DNA of 63,971 nt, counting the filler, from Octopus bimaculoides (lineage: Eukaryota), in assembly GCF_001194135.2 (NCBI RefSeq). It is 3 parts of 3 records of this genome, joined end to end, with 100 filler letters (N's around TTAATTAATTAA, not from the genome) between each part and the next. Parts side by side here need not be neighbours in the genome. Positions count along the whole stretch, not along the records: positions 45,794 to 63,971 come from NC_068981.1; 2 more parts are not named here. The stretch is one strand, 5' to 3'. Under the pieces are notes generated by a model that did no database searches, was not told the DNA's origin, and saw nothing but the letters and a program-made list of their open reading frames with translations. This document shows, piece by piece, positions 52,930 to 63,971 of this stretch. Both the position numbers and the translations under genes were made by a program. Each line of letters starts with the position of its first letter. Positions within the stretch are counted from its first letter, which is position 1.

Positions 52930-53789
52930 TTATTTCTTTACTTTATTAAATAGATTTCGAAAGTTTGTATGCAAGTCAGGTATCACCATATGACATTTCA
53001 TTGAAAGCATGTATCAAAACCGAAAGCAGTTGCTGTAAACTGCTTTTGCGCTTCTCTTTCCTTGCCTTACAATTTATTTGTTGACATAGAAATAACGATG
53101 TTTTGTTTGCCATCTAGGATTATACTTTTAGCGCTTGTGGATCAAACAACTAAATAACAAAATAAAACAGCACTCTTATATACACTTATAAGTACATATT
53201 TATTTCCGTAGAACGATGCTTTGTTTACAATCTGGGATCATGAATTTAGCGTCAGTGGTTCAGACAATTAAACGGCAATGACATAAAACTGTAGCTTTAT
53301 ATGTACTTATAAGTACATATTTATTTTCGTATATGTCACGTATTGTAAACACGTTACACAGAAATCATCGAAAAAGGTTGCCGTCATGTTGTAAAATCAT
53401 TCTAATGTGAAAGAATAAAGAGTATTATGTCAAGCTAACTCTATTAGAAAGTTGGCAAGTAACTATTTACATTACGATATCGTATCGCTTTCTTTCTTTC
53501 TTTCTTTCTTCGTTTATTTCTTTCATTTTCGCTCTCTCTCTCTCTGGAGATTATATGCGTGCGCGCTTGTATGCATAATACGTACATGCATACATACGTA
53601 TGTATGTAAGTACGTACATACATACATGCATACATGCATACACACATACTTACAGACATACATGCATACATACATACATACATACATACATACATACATA
53701 CATACATTCATACATACATACATATTGCCAACTGATCACCCTCTAGCAGGAATTAAAAGGTGTCAATGAAAAAATTCGACATCAGAAGA

Positions 53790-54667
53790 GAATAACCAAG
53801 AGAGAAACAATAAACAAAAAAGTTAACCGGAGCAGGCAGCAGTGTAGAGAGACATGAAAGTAAAAGCATTGAACATCAAAGAAGCTACTTCACGAGAAAG
53901 ACATAAACTCCTTCTCGAGAAAATTCTGGAGCGAAGAGATGGAGTTTAACCGAGATACTCTGTGGTTGGAAGAAATTCGAAGACGTTTTTTCCCTTGCAT
54001 AACATCCAAGCATTGATAGTGATACCCTTGTAATTGTTATCCAGAAACTTCAGGATGGAAAAGCAGCTAGAAGAGACTTGATTGTTAGGTACTCCTACAA
54101 GAAGCTAACCTTCTACCGACTGTATTTTAGCAACCTGTACCAGCAAGCTGTCAATGGGAATAGCAGAATACCAGACTGACTAGCCTTGGTAGAGACAAAA
54201 CTGATACCAAATGACAGACCCACACCCACATGGCAAAAGTCTAATTGCATGCCAGAACTTAATGCATAGCATATATACAGCATGTTTAAACATCTTCCTC
54301 CAAGACAGTTGTGAAGATAATAACGTCATCAGAGCAGAATAAGCAGCTGGGAACAAGCGAAACGGGCTGATTACTACCTAGCTCAGATACCAGGAAACCC
54401 CAAAATGGCTGAAGTTCAAAAAATAGTGCACATGGGAACTGCCCAAATCCTACGTAAAATACTGTCTATGTGATCTCAAATTTTAAAACAAACACATAAT
54501 TTTCTTATGGTTTCTTAAACATTTTCTAGAACAACACTATGTTCAAATCGAAATATATGGTACCCTAGGCATGACACCTACATGAACTTCTAACTTGTTG
54601 TCTCTTGAGGTATCTGGGTGAGACTTGGATCCAACTTATACAAATGCAAAGCAAAAGTCAAACATAA

Positions 54668-54720
<53 letters not shown>
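53790..54720 (+). mobile_element. internally deleted R2-superfamily (R4/Dong-like) LINE remnant with a (TAA)n tail
   Basis: The pre-RT region (FWSEEMEFNRDTLWLEEI; KLQDGKAA; IPD*LALVETKLIP; IACQNLMHSIYT-like) joins directly to the C-terminus PGNPKMAEVQKIVHMGTAQILRKILSM* (stop 54471-54473). (TAA)n occupies 54668-54719. Confidence 0.6.
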
Positions 54721-54723
<3 letters not shown>

Positions 54724-54799
54724 TATATCTGTATATATATGAATTATGTGAGGGTACATCGTCATTCCTTCATTCAGCTGAAACGGAAGCACACTCTAA

Positions 54800-55490
54800 A
54801 ATATTTGGGAAATAATACGTTTTATGGGAGTTAATTGTTATGTCTGGTCATAGAGTAACCATAGATCTCGCAACAATTGAGTGCTTAGACGTGTAGGCGA
54901 CAACGTAGACACAAACAACCAAAAGTGTACAACATCTCTACAACTGGAGGAAAAACTAAGTCACGGTCAGTTAGAATTGTAAACAAAAACCCTTACCTCA
55001 ATGGAGTACAAGATGACAATCGCCACCAGCTTCACTACTGTAAACTTTTTAGAAATAAAGTAAGACCTGGGCTTCTGTTCATCCAGACCCTATTGCACAC
55101 CAAAGGAGAGGTTTACCTATATCACACAGCATCCAGTTATCAACTATCGTGTTTAGGAACCTAGTGAAGGAATCAGTAAGATTGCAGATCTGTTCAAAAC
55201 TCAAGAGGTTTTCGAAGAAACAGCCACTTATTACAGCGAGGCACAGGCATCCAGTTTAAAGAATCCATCTCCTATATACCGGACCCAAGCACTCGCAATT
55301 GGAAGCATCACAGTAATGTCGTTTGGATTGCTCCACTCTTTTCTCTCAACGTTAAAACTTCCGTAGTAAGAATTTTCCTTAGATTGGTGGATAAGTACTT
55401 TACAGTCACACATATACAGATGAATAGCGATTATTATAAAGCACAACTCAGTTGTGGGCCCTACATTAAGAAGAATTTCATAAGCAGCGG
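54800..55490 (+). mobile_element. Penelope-like element RT C-terminal/linker remnant
   Basis: MTIATSFTTVNFLEIK*DL, RPYCTPKERFTYI, GISKIADLFKTQEVFEETATYYSEA and RKHHSNVVWIAPLFSLNVKTSVVRIFLRLVDKYF match the PLE pattern VNFLDVT / IIWFNPPFSLNVKTNIGKxFLxLIDKHF. Confidence 0.8.
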
Positions 55491-55980
55491 CAGCATCATC
55501 ATCTACGATATACATAAATTGCGTAGTAGAGAGTCGATGCGAAGCCGAGGTGTCGTGTTTGGGGCTGGGCTAGTGGCCGGCACTAGCTGCCAGTGTAACA
55601 ACCTAAGTAGCAACGAGAGTTACGCTGACAACAGCAGCAATGACAACAATGGTTGCGGCTACGGTGATGGCGGTTGCAGCGCATCAAGTAGGGGAAACAA
55701 CAATATCAACAGTTATTACAACAACAACACCAGCATTGCAGCTGTAAATGACTGCTACACCAGTAGAAAAGAAGCCACCGAGATCATCCCTAGGAATATC
55801 AGCGCCGGCACTATCTCCATTGATAATACCGACTTCAGGCACAGAGTTAAAGAAAGAAACATTAGCGGAGGTAGCATATCCAATGCACAGACAAGAAAAT
55901 ATTAGGTTGAAATGACCCCTCATTTAAGCAACATCTGAAGAACCATAGGTCCACTGTTATTTTAGCGGAAAGGTGCAACG

Positions 55981-56391
55981 TCACGCCCCTGACCAGCCAA
56001 GAACGCCACTTAAAACATGAAAGAACCACACAGATAGGTAAATAGACGCCCCTTGAACAGCTGGGCCCTGACATAAATGGGAACAAAGAAGACAGCAATA
56101 CCTAAAACTTCGGTTGTCTCGGGAAATTTCTTCAAGTGTGAATATAGTACATACTAAAATCTATTTGTGTACATAATCCCATTCTTCAAGTATAATAAGA
56201 AAATATTTATGTTACGAAATCTCTATTTTTATAATCAGAAGTATTGTTTCAATTGCCTTTGCCTAACTAATTTCAGAATTATTAAAATTAATGTCCAACA
56301 ATAGCAATTCACTGTTTGATGAAATAAAAATACCTACCTTTCCTGATCCGTATTTGTCTTGGATGAACTGTTCTGTACATTTCTGACTCAT
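55981..56391 (-). CDS. possible spliced micro-ORF in array copy 1 (56391-56338 joined to 56067-55981; 46 aa)
   Basis: MSQKCTEQFIQDKYGSGK|GPAVQGASIYLSVWFFHVLSGVLGWSGA*, using donor AAG|GTAGGT and acceptor TTCCCATTTATGTCAG. The frame is broken in the other copies, so coding status is doubtful. Confidence 0.2.
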
Positions 56392-56565
56392 CTGTCGGCA
56401 ATTATTATGAAATGTAACGGTACGATGCACGTAAATTTACAAGCTGATAAATAAATACGACAAAGACATATATCATACGATTGCCGACCGATTTCTATTG
56501 TATATCACCTGATTTTTTATTAATCGTCTGTTCTTCAGTATCCTTGACCTCTGCCTGTCTTTGCA

Positions 56566-56571
56566 TTTATA
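56566..56571 (-). promoter_or_regulatory. candidate TATA box of the array unit; also at 61865-61870 and 63874-63879, degraded in the copy at ~58316
   Basis: TATAAAT lies on the minus strand ~57-60 nt upstream of a conserved CAG|GT donor in each copy. Confidence 0.45.
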
Positions 56572-56690
56572 TGCATCCGTAGATACATATTTTTTTTTTT
56601 ACACCAAACGCTGTTGTAAGTGTTTGTGCACGAATGCATGTATGCATGTCGTTCTCTCTTTCCCTCTCTCACTCTCTCTATAACATTCTC

Positions 56691-56722
<32 letters not shown>

Positions 56723-57593
56723 NNNNNNNNNNNNNNNNNNNNNNNNNNNNNNNNNNNNNNNNNNNNNNNNNNNNNNNNNNNNNNNNNNNNNNNNNNNNNN
56801 NNNNNNNNNNNNNNNNNNNNNNNNNNNNNNNNNNNNNNNNNNNNNNNNNNNNNNNNNNNNNNNNNNNNNNNNNNNNNNNNNNNNNNNNNNNNNNNNNNNN
56901 NNNNNNNNNNNNNNNNNNNNNNNNNNNNNNNNNNNNNNNNNNNNNNNNNNNNNNNNNNNNNNNNNNNNNNNNNNNNNNNNNNNNNNNNNNNNNNNNNNNN
57001 NNNNNNNNNNNNNNNNNNNNNNNNNNNNNNNNNNNNNNNNNNNNNNNNNNNNNNNNNNNNNNNNNNNNNNNNNNNNNNNNNNNNNNNNNNNNNNNNNNNN
57101 NNNNNNNNNNNNNNNNNNNNNNNNNNNNNNNNNNNNNNNNNNNNNNNNNNNNNNNNNNNNNNNNNNNNNNNNNNNNNNNNNNNNNNNNNNNNNNNNNNNN
57201 NNNNNNNNNNNNNNNNNNNNNNNNNNNNNNNNNNNNNNNNNNNNNNNNNNNNNNNNNNCTACTAACTATCGACGCAAAACTTTGTCCTTATGCTGCAAAC
57301 AAGGGAGTTAATGCCCCCACTCAGACTTAAATGATATATGCGGACCAAAGTTTTCTGGGTTATTTCGCTTCATCGGCATAGGATAACCGTTGGCTAGAGA
57401 TGGCAGCACTAAGTCTTGCTTGAAGCATATAATTTTAAATTGACATACTGTTAATGAGCTCGTAAGGAGAAAAAAAAAACAATTTCTTTTAAGTCTCTGA
57501 GCGAGAAATAAGTTGTAACAGTATTACAGAGTACAATCTATTTGCCAACGTAAAGTGGCAGTCCTGATTCAGACAATCTTACTACATTTTTTA

Positions 57594-57626
57594 GCCCCGT
57601 GGAAAAGATGTTCTTTTCCACGGGGC
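57594..57626. repeat. perfect 15-bp GC-rich hairpin next to an hAT-like terminus
   Basis: GCCCCGTGGAAAAGA-TGT-TCTTTTCCACGGGGC, followed by aaaaagttggtaacactg. Confidence 0.75.
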
Positions 57627-59489
57627 AAAAAGTTGGTAACACTGTCCTGATGAGGACTGCCAGTTTACGCTGGCGAATAGACTTTAAATCCTAAATTTTA
57701 TTTTAGAATTCATGGGAGCAACTGTCTTTGAAGACTCAAACTCTCGTTGAATGCTCGTTGAATGCTCGTAATGAGGAGCAGATAGACAGACGACAACTGA
57801 TTAAAGGGTCCTTTATCTGACATAAATGGGAACAAAGGAGACAGCAAAAATCCTAAAACTTTGGTTGTTTCGGGAAATTTATTAAAATGTGAATAAAATA
57901 CATACTAATATCTATTTGTGTACGTAATCCCATTCTTCAAATATAATAAAATATTTATGTTTCGAAATCTCTATTTTTATGATGAGAAGAATTGTTTCAA
58001 TTGCTTTTGCCTAACTACTTTCATAATTAGTAAAATTCCTGCCCAACAACAGCAATTCACTATTTTGTGAATTAAAAAGTATCTGCCTTTCATGATCCGT
58101 ATTCGTTTCGGATGAACTGTTCTGGACATTTCTGACTCATCTGTCGGCAATTATTAGGAAATTTAACGACACGATGCAGAGAGATTTACAAGCTGGTAAA
58201 TAAATACGACAAAGACATATATCATACGATTGCCGACTGATTTCGACTGGATATCACCTGATTTTTCATTAATCGACTGTTTTTCTCTGTATCCTTGACC
58301 TCTGCCTGTCATTGCATTTATTTACCTCCATGAATACATATTCGTTTGAAATAATTTTTATCTATTACACATACGCAAGCATCCTTTGAGTTACGATAGC
58401 TTATATTACGAATTTTCATAATTACAAAGATTGTAATAAAGATAACTAATTTCGAGATGCAATCTTTAATTTCGCATTTAGGATAATTTTAGACAATTTG
58501 AAAAATAGATTTTTTAAAACCCCAAACGCATTTGTGAGTGTGTTAGCTCAGGTCAAAGGATAGCTTAAAATTCTGGAGAACTATGACAATTATATTTTCA
58601 CACGTACATGTATGTATGTTATGTTTGTGTGTATGTATGCATGTATGCATCTCTTTCTCACTCTCACACTATGCATGTATATATATATATATATATATAT
58701 ATCAATATATATCAATCGATATTTTATATTTGATTACACACCTTGTAGTATGCAGTTTAAAGCCCGTACAAAGTATCCAACAACCTCATGTCATTAATTG
58801 TTTAGATGTAATCGCCACTAGTTTTACTTCAGAAATTCCTTTGTGTTTGTAGAGTTTATTAAACATAAGTGATAAGAATGGAATTCATGTGAATCTTTAT
58901 TATTCATGACGATCCTTTCGACACACAATGCACTGGCTTCTCTTTTACTGCATCTCCTCACGTTGCATCAGTGCACAATAGGTCGAAACATTTAAAGTTT
59001 AACATTTAAAGACACACATCACTGATCTCGTAAGGAGAAAAAACAATTAGTTTTAAAATTTATCTATTGCCAGCATATTGAAAAATATTTTTAATACGAA
59101 AATTATAAACAACACATAAATAAATGTAATATAAAAAAAATTCCTATGCAAAATATGCCGAGAAAATACACTTTAAATTGTCAATAACCATATATAATTC
59201 ATCACTAAAAGCACTCGTTTCGAAGCAAGAATACAAAAATTTCTAAAAAATTCCGTTGTTACCGAATCGGTCAGATTTCTGAGTTAATTCATAAGACCTT
59301 TTCTCGCCATTAGCGGTAAATACGTTAAGAAATAAATGAAATACTTATTTGTACGCATGGAACAAGAATACGCATTGACATGAGTATATTTAACTTTGGA
59401 CACTGACGAAATTTTTTGAAAATTTTATCCTATATTAGAGGTGAATTTAATAGCATTCCCTTCCGAACTGTCTCTTATTCTCTGTGAAT

Positions 59490-60778
59490 TTTCAGTCTGA
59501 TGATACATGCCTCCAGGTGTGGTGCAAAATTTCTATTTGGATGGGGCCACCTCCATTGATACGCAAATAGTTAGCGGTGTTCTGCAAGTCACTGTTTTGG
59601 GGCTACTACTGTTCATAATGACCCTCTCAGACATGCACTCAGTCACACACAGAGCCACGATCACAAATTATGCAGATGATATAAAAGTCTCACAGGTAAT
59701 ACAGAACCCTGAAGACACTATGCACCAGCAATGTGAGCTGGATGAAATATACAAGTGGGCTGAAAAGAATAACATGCAGTTTAATGCTGAAAAGTTTCAA
59801 GCCTTATTCTATCAGCATGCAAAACTAAATGCAATACCCATTAAATACACGGGACCTGGGGAGATTGCAATCTCAGAGGCACAGTCAGTACAAGACATGG
59901 GTATTTACATGAGTAATAATGCATTCTTTTATGTGCATGTTGCTAAATTGGTAATGAAATGCAGGCGACTGACCGGATGGATTCTTAGAACTTTTAGAAT
60001 AAGAGATCAGGAAACTATGATGGTTCCGGAGAACACTTGTCATAAGCCACTTTGACTATTGCTCTCAATTATGGTCACCAACCAGAGTCAAATTAATCTC
60101 AGAACTTGAGGCAATCCAACGAAGCTACACGAAGAAGATAGCCTCTATGCAGCATATAAGGTATTGGGAAAGACTCAAGAGATCAAAACTCTATTCCTTA
60201 GAGCGTAGGCGAGAAAGATATGCCATAATATACATGTGGAAGATCCTCGAAGGACTTGTCCCAAACTTTGGCATCGAAAGTTACACAAATAAAAGAACTG
60301 AATGCCACTGCATAGTGCCAAGGGCTCCAAATTTGCCATCAAGATGTAGGACAAGATATTGCAATAGCCTGGGCTTCAGAGGTCCACAGCTCTTCAATAT
60401 CCTCCCGAAGGACCTGAGAGACCTGCATGGGGTGGATGTAGGTATCTTCAAAATAAAGCTGGACCGCTTCCTGTGAAGTGTCCCAGATGAACCAGCATCG
60501 CGGCAGGAGGTGCAGATGAGGGCAGGAGGTGCAGATGAGGGCAGGAGGTGCAGATGAGGGCAGGAGGTGCAGATGAAGGCAGGAGGTGCAGATGAGGGCA
60601 GGAGGTTCAGATGAGGGCAGCTGCATCAAACTCTCTCATGCACCAAATGTCAATTCCTGTAGTAAAAATTCGTGAGGTAAAATTATGTAGGAACACCAAA
60701 TGGTGGTGCCCCAGTATGGCCACAGCTCATGAGCTGAAACTAGATAAAATGAAAAAAAAAATGAAATGAAAAATGAAT
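59490..60778 (+). mobile_element. 5'-truncated CR1/L2-group LINE (RT C-terminal half plus 3' UTR) inserted in the array
   Basis: SGVLQVTVLGLLLF, NYADDIK, WAEKNNMQFNAEKF, YCSQLWSP and LYSLERRRERYAIIYMWKIL, ending in an (A/ATGAA)-rich tail. Confidence 0.92.
60502..60620 (+). repeat. 19-nt minisatellite, six copies, in the LINE 3' UTR
   Basis: GGCAGGAGGTGCAGATGAG repeats at 60502, 60521, 60540, 60559, 60578 and 60597, with two single substitutions. Confidence 0.95.
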
Positions 60779-62194
60779 ATATATATATATTAGTAGAAAA
60801 GTAGAAAAGAAGCCACCAAGATCATGTCTAGGAATATCAGCGCCCGCACTGGCTCCAGTGACAACAACGACTTTAGGCACAGAGTTAAAGAGAGAAACAT
60901 TAGCGGAGGTAGCATATCCAATACGCAGACACGAAAATATTAGGTTGAACTGACCCCTCATTAAAGCAATGTTTGAAGAACCATAGGTCTACTGTTATTN
61001 NNNNNNNNNNNNNNNNNNNNNNNNNNNNNNNNNNNNNNNNNNNNNNNNNNNNNNNNNNNNNNNNNNNNNNNNNNNNNNNNNNNNNNNNNNNNNNNNNNNT
61101 ATCAGCGCCGGAACTGTCTCCATTGACAACACCGACTTCATCCACAGAGTTAAAGAAAGAAACATTAGCGGAGGTAGCATATCCAGTGCAAAGACAGGAA
61201 AATATTAGGTTGAACTGACTCCTCATTTAAGCAACGTCTGAAAAACCATAGGTCCACTGTTATTTTAGCGGAAAGGTGCAACATCTCGCCCCTGACCAGT
61301 AAGAACGCCACTTAAAAGAGAATAGAACCATACAGATCAGTAAATGGAGACCCCTTGAACAGCTGGGCACTGACATAAATGGGAGAAAATGAGAAAACAA
61401 TAGTCCTAAAACTTCGGTTGTCTCGAGAAACTTCTACAAGTGTGAATAAAGTACACACTAAAATCTATTTGTGTACGTAATCCCATTTTTCAAGTACAAT
61501 AAGAAAATGTTTATGTTACGAAATCTCTAATTTTATAATCAGAAGAATTGTTTCAATTGCCTTTGCCTAACTACTTTCATAATTAGTAAAATTAATGCCC
61601 AGCAATAGCAATTCACTGTTTTGTGTATTTAGAATACTTGCCTTTCCTGATCCGTATTTGTCTCGGATGAACTGTTCTGTACTTTTCTGACTCATCTGTC
61701 TGCAATTATTATGAAATTTAACGACATGATATAAAGAAATTTACAAGCCGGTAAATAAATACGACAAAATCATACGATTACTGACTGATTTCTGTTGGAT
61801 ATCACCTGATTTTTTATTAATCGTCTGTTTCTCTCCGTATCCTTGACCTCTGCCTCTCTTTGTATTTATATACATCCGTAAATACATATTCGTTTCAAAT
61901 AATGTTTGTATATATTATACATATGCAAGCATTCTTCGCGTTACGATAGCTTTTATTACGAATTTTAATAATTACGAAGATTGTAAAAAAGATAACTAAT
62001 TTCGAGATGCAATTTATAATTTCGCATTTACGGATGATTTTTGACAACTTGAAAAATAGATTTTTTAAAACCCAAACGCCATTGTCAGTGTTTTAGCTCA
62101 GATCAAAGTATAGCTAAAAATTCTGGAAAACTATGACCATGATATTTTCACAGGTACATGTATGTATGTTTGTGTGTATGTATGCATGTATGTA

Positions 62195-62354
<160 letters not shown>

Positions 62355-62476
62355 TAGATAGATAGATAGATAGATATCAATAGGTATTTTATATTTGGTT
62401 ATACACCTTGTAGTATGCAGTTTAAAGCCCGTACAAAGTATTCGGCCACCATATGTAATTAATTGTTTGGATGTAA

Positions 62477-62568
62477 TCGCCACTAGGTTTACTTCAGAAA
62501 TTCCTTCGTGTTCGTAGAGTTTTCGCCACTAGGTTTACTTCAGAAATTCCTTCGTGTTCGTAGAGTTT
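62477..62568. repeat. exact 46-nt tandem duplication private to one array copy
   Basis: tcgccactaggtttacttcagaaattccttcgtgttcgtagagttt occurs twice. The homologous region near 58813 has a single copy. Confidence 0.9.
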
Positions 62569-63971
62569 ATTAAACAAAAAAGAAAGGAATGGAATTCATG
62601 TGAACCTTTAGTATTGATGAGGATCCTTTCGTCACTTCATGCACTGGTTTCGCTTTTACTGAATCTGACCCGCGAGGCATCAGTGTACAATAGGTCGAAA
62701 CATTTAAAGTTTAATATTTACAGATTAAGATTTAAAGGTTAACATTTAAAGACACACTTCACTGATCTCGTAAGGAGAAAAACAATTAGTTTTAAATTTT
62801 ATCAGTGGCCAGCATATTGAAAGATACTTTCTAAGGTGAAAATTATAAACAACATATAAATAAAGGCAATATTAAAAAATTTCTATCCAAAATATGCTGA
62901 GAAAATAATCTTTAAATCGTCAATAAGCACATATAATTCATTACTAAAATCACGTGTTTGGAAGCAAGCTGACAGAAATTTCTTAAGAATTCCGTTATTA
63001 CCGAATCGGTCCGATTTCTGAGTTTATTCATAAGGACTTTTTACGTCATCAGCAGCAAATATGTTAAGCAATAAATGAAATACTTGCACACATAGAACAA
63101 GCATACGCATATTCATGTGTACATTTAAGTACCCCAAATATATCCAAATAGAAATTTTGCAGCACCTTGAGAAGGTAGGCTATCCAATACACAGACACGA
63201 AAATATGTAGTTTGAACTGACCCCTCATTTAAGCAACGTATGAACAACCACGAGTCTACTGTTATTTAACATCGCGTCTCTGGTCAGCCAAGAACGCCAC
63301 TTTAAAGTGGATCTAACCATACAGATAATTAAATGTATGCCCTTTGATAAACTGGAGACTGATATAAATGGGAACAAACGATGCAATATTTTCTTGGCCG
63401 AGAGAGGAATATTCCTAAAAACTCGCTTGCCTCGAGGAACTTTTAAAGTGTGAATAAAGTACATACTAAAATCTATTCGACCACGTAATCCCATTCTTCG
63501 TGAATAATGAGAACATATTTATGTTTCGAAATCTCTGTTTTTATAATAAGAAGAATTGCTTCAATTGCCTTTGCCTAACTACTTTCAGAATTATTAAAAT
63601 TCCTGCCCAACAATAGCAATTCACTGTTTTGTGAATTAAAAATACCCGCCTTTCATGATCCATATTTGTCTCGGATGAACTGTTCTATAATATTCTGACT
63701 CATCTGTCGGCAATGTTCATGAAGCTTAACGATGCAGGTAAATATACAAGCTGGTTAATAAATATGACAATAACACATACCATACGATTGCCGACCGATT
63801 TCTATTGGATATAACCTGATTTTTATTAATCGTCTCTTTCTCTCTGTATCCTTGACCTCTGCCCGTCTTTGCATTTATATACCTACATAAATAGATATCC
63901 TTTCGATATAATCTGTTATGTATAATAAATATGCAAGCGTCCGTCACGCTACGATACCCAATATATATATA

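Noticed and set aside
55231-55515. Minus ORF with WVRYIGDGFF, resembling an exon or an RT motif
   Set aside because: It is the antisense of the plus-strand Penelope-like remnant, which has much stronger motif matches.
55590-55700. Cys-rich minus frame (NHCCHCCCCQRNSRC)
   Set aside because: It arises from degenerate (CAA/CAG)n trinucleotide sequence and is bounded by stops.

Overview
AT-rich animal genomic scaffold with many N-gaps and dense microsatellites. The SINE/LINE/MITE complement looks like an octopus (coleoid cephalopod) genome; this is inferred from recalled repeat families, not from a database search. No intact, nameable protein-coding gene was found, and most ORF-track entries are microsatellite or gap translations. 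Most identifiable sequence is decayed mobile DNA: mariner copies and MITEs, three Penelope-like fragments, an RTE LINE carrying a nested TIR element, CR1/L2-type and R2-superfamily LINE fragments, and at least 14 tRNA-type SINE copies from three families. Three things stand out. (1) At 49.2-52.9 kb, two related ORF1-only (gag-knuckle, no RT) elements sit head-to-tail inside the head of one SINE, with the same ~13-nt target motif at all three junctions. This suggests a SINE-targeting, sequence-specific 'half-LINE'. (2) At 55.7-64.0 kb, a diverged tandem array of a ~2 kb unit keeps, on the minus strand, a TATA box and a three-exon splice skeleton with a GT/GC-switching donor. It is a candidate lineage-specific micro-gene or lncRNA family. 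(3) At 3241-3456 there is a probable terminal coding exon ending in a hydrophobic segment. Exon calls were made by eye and need RNA evidence.
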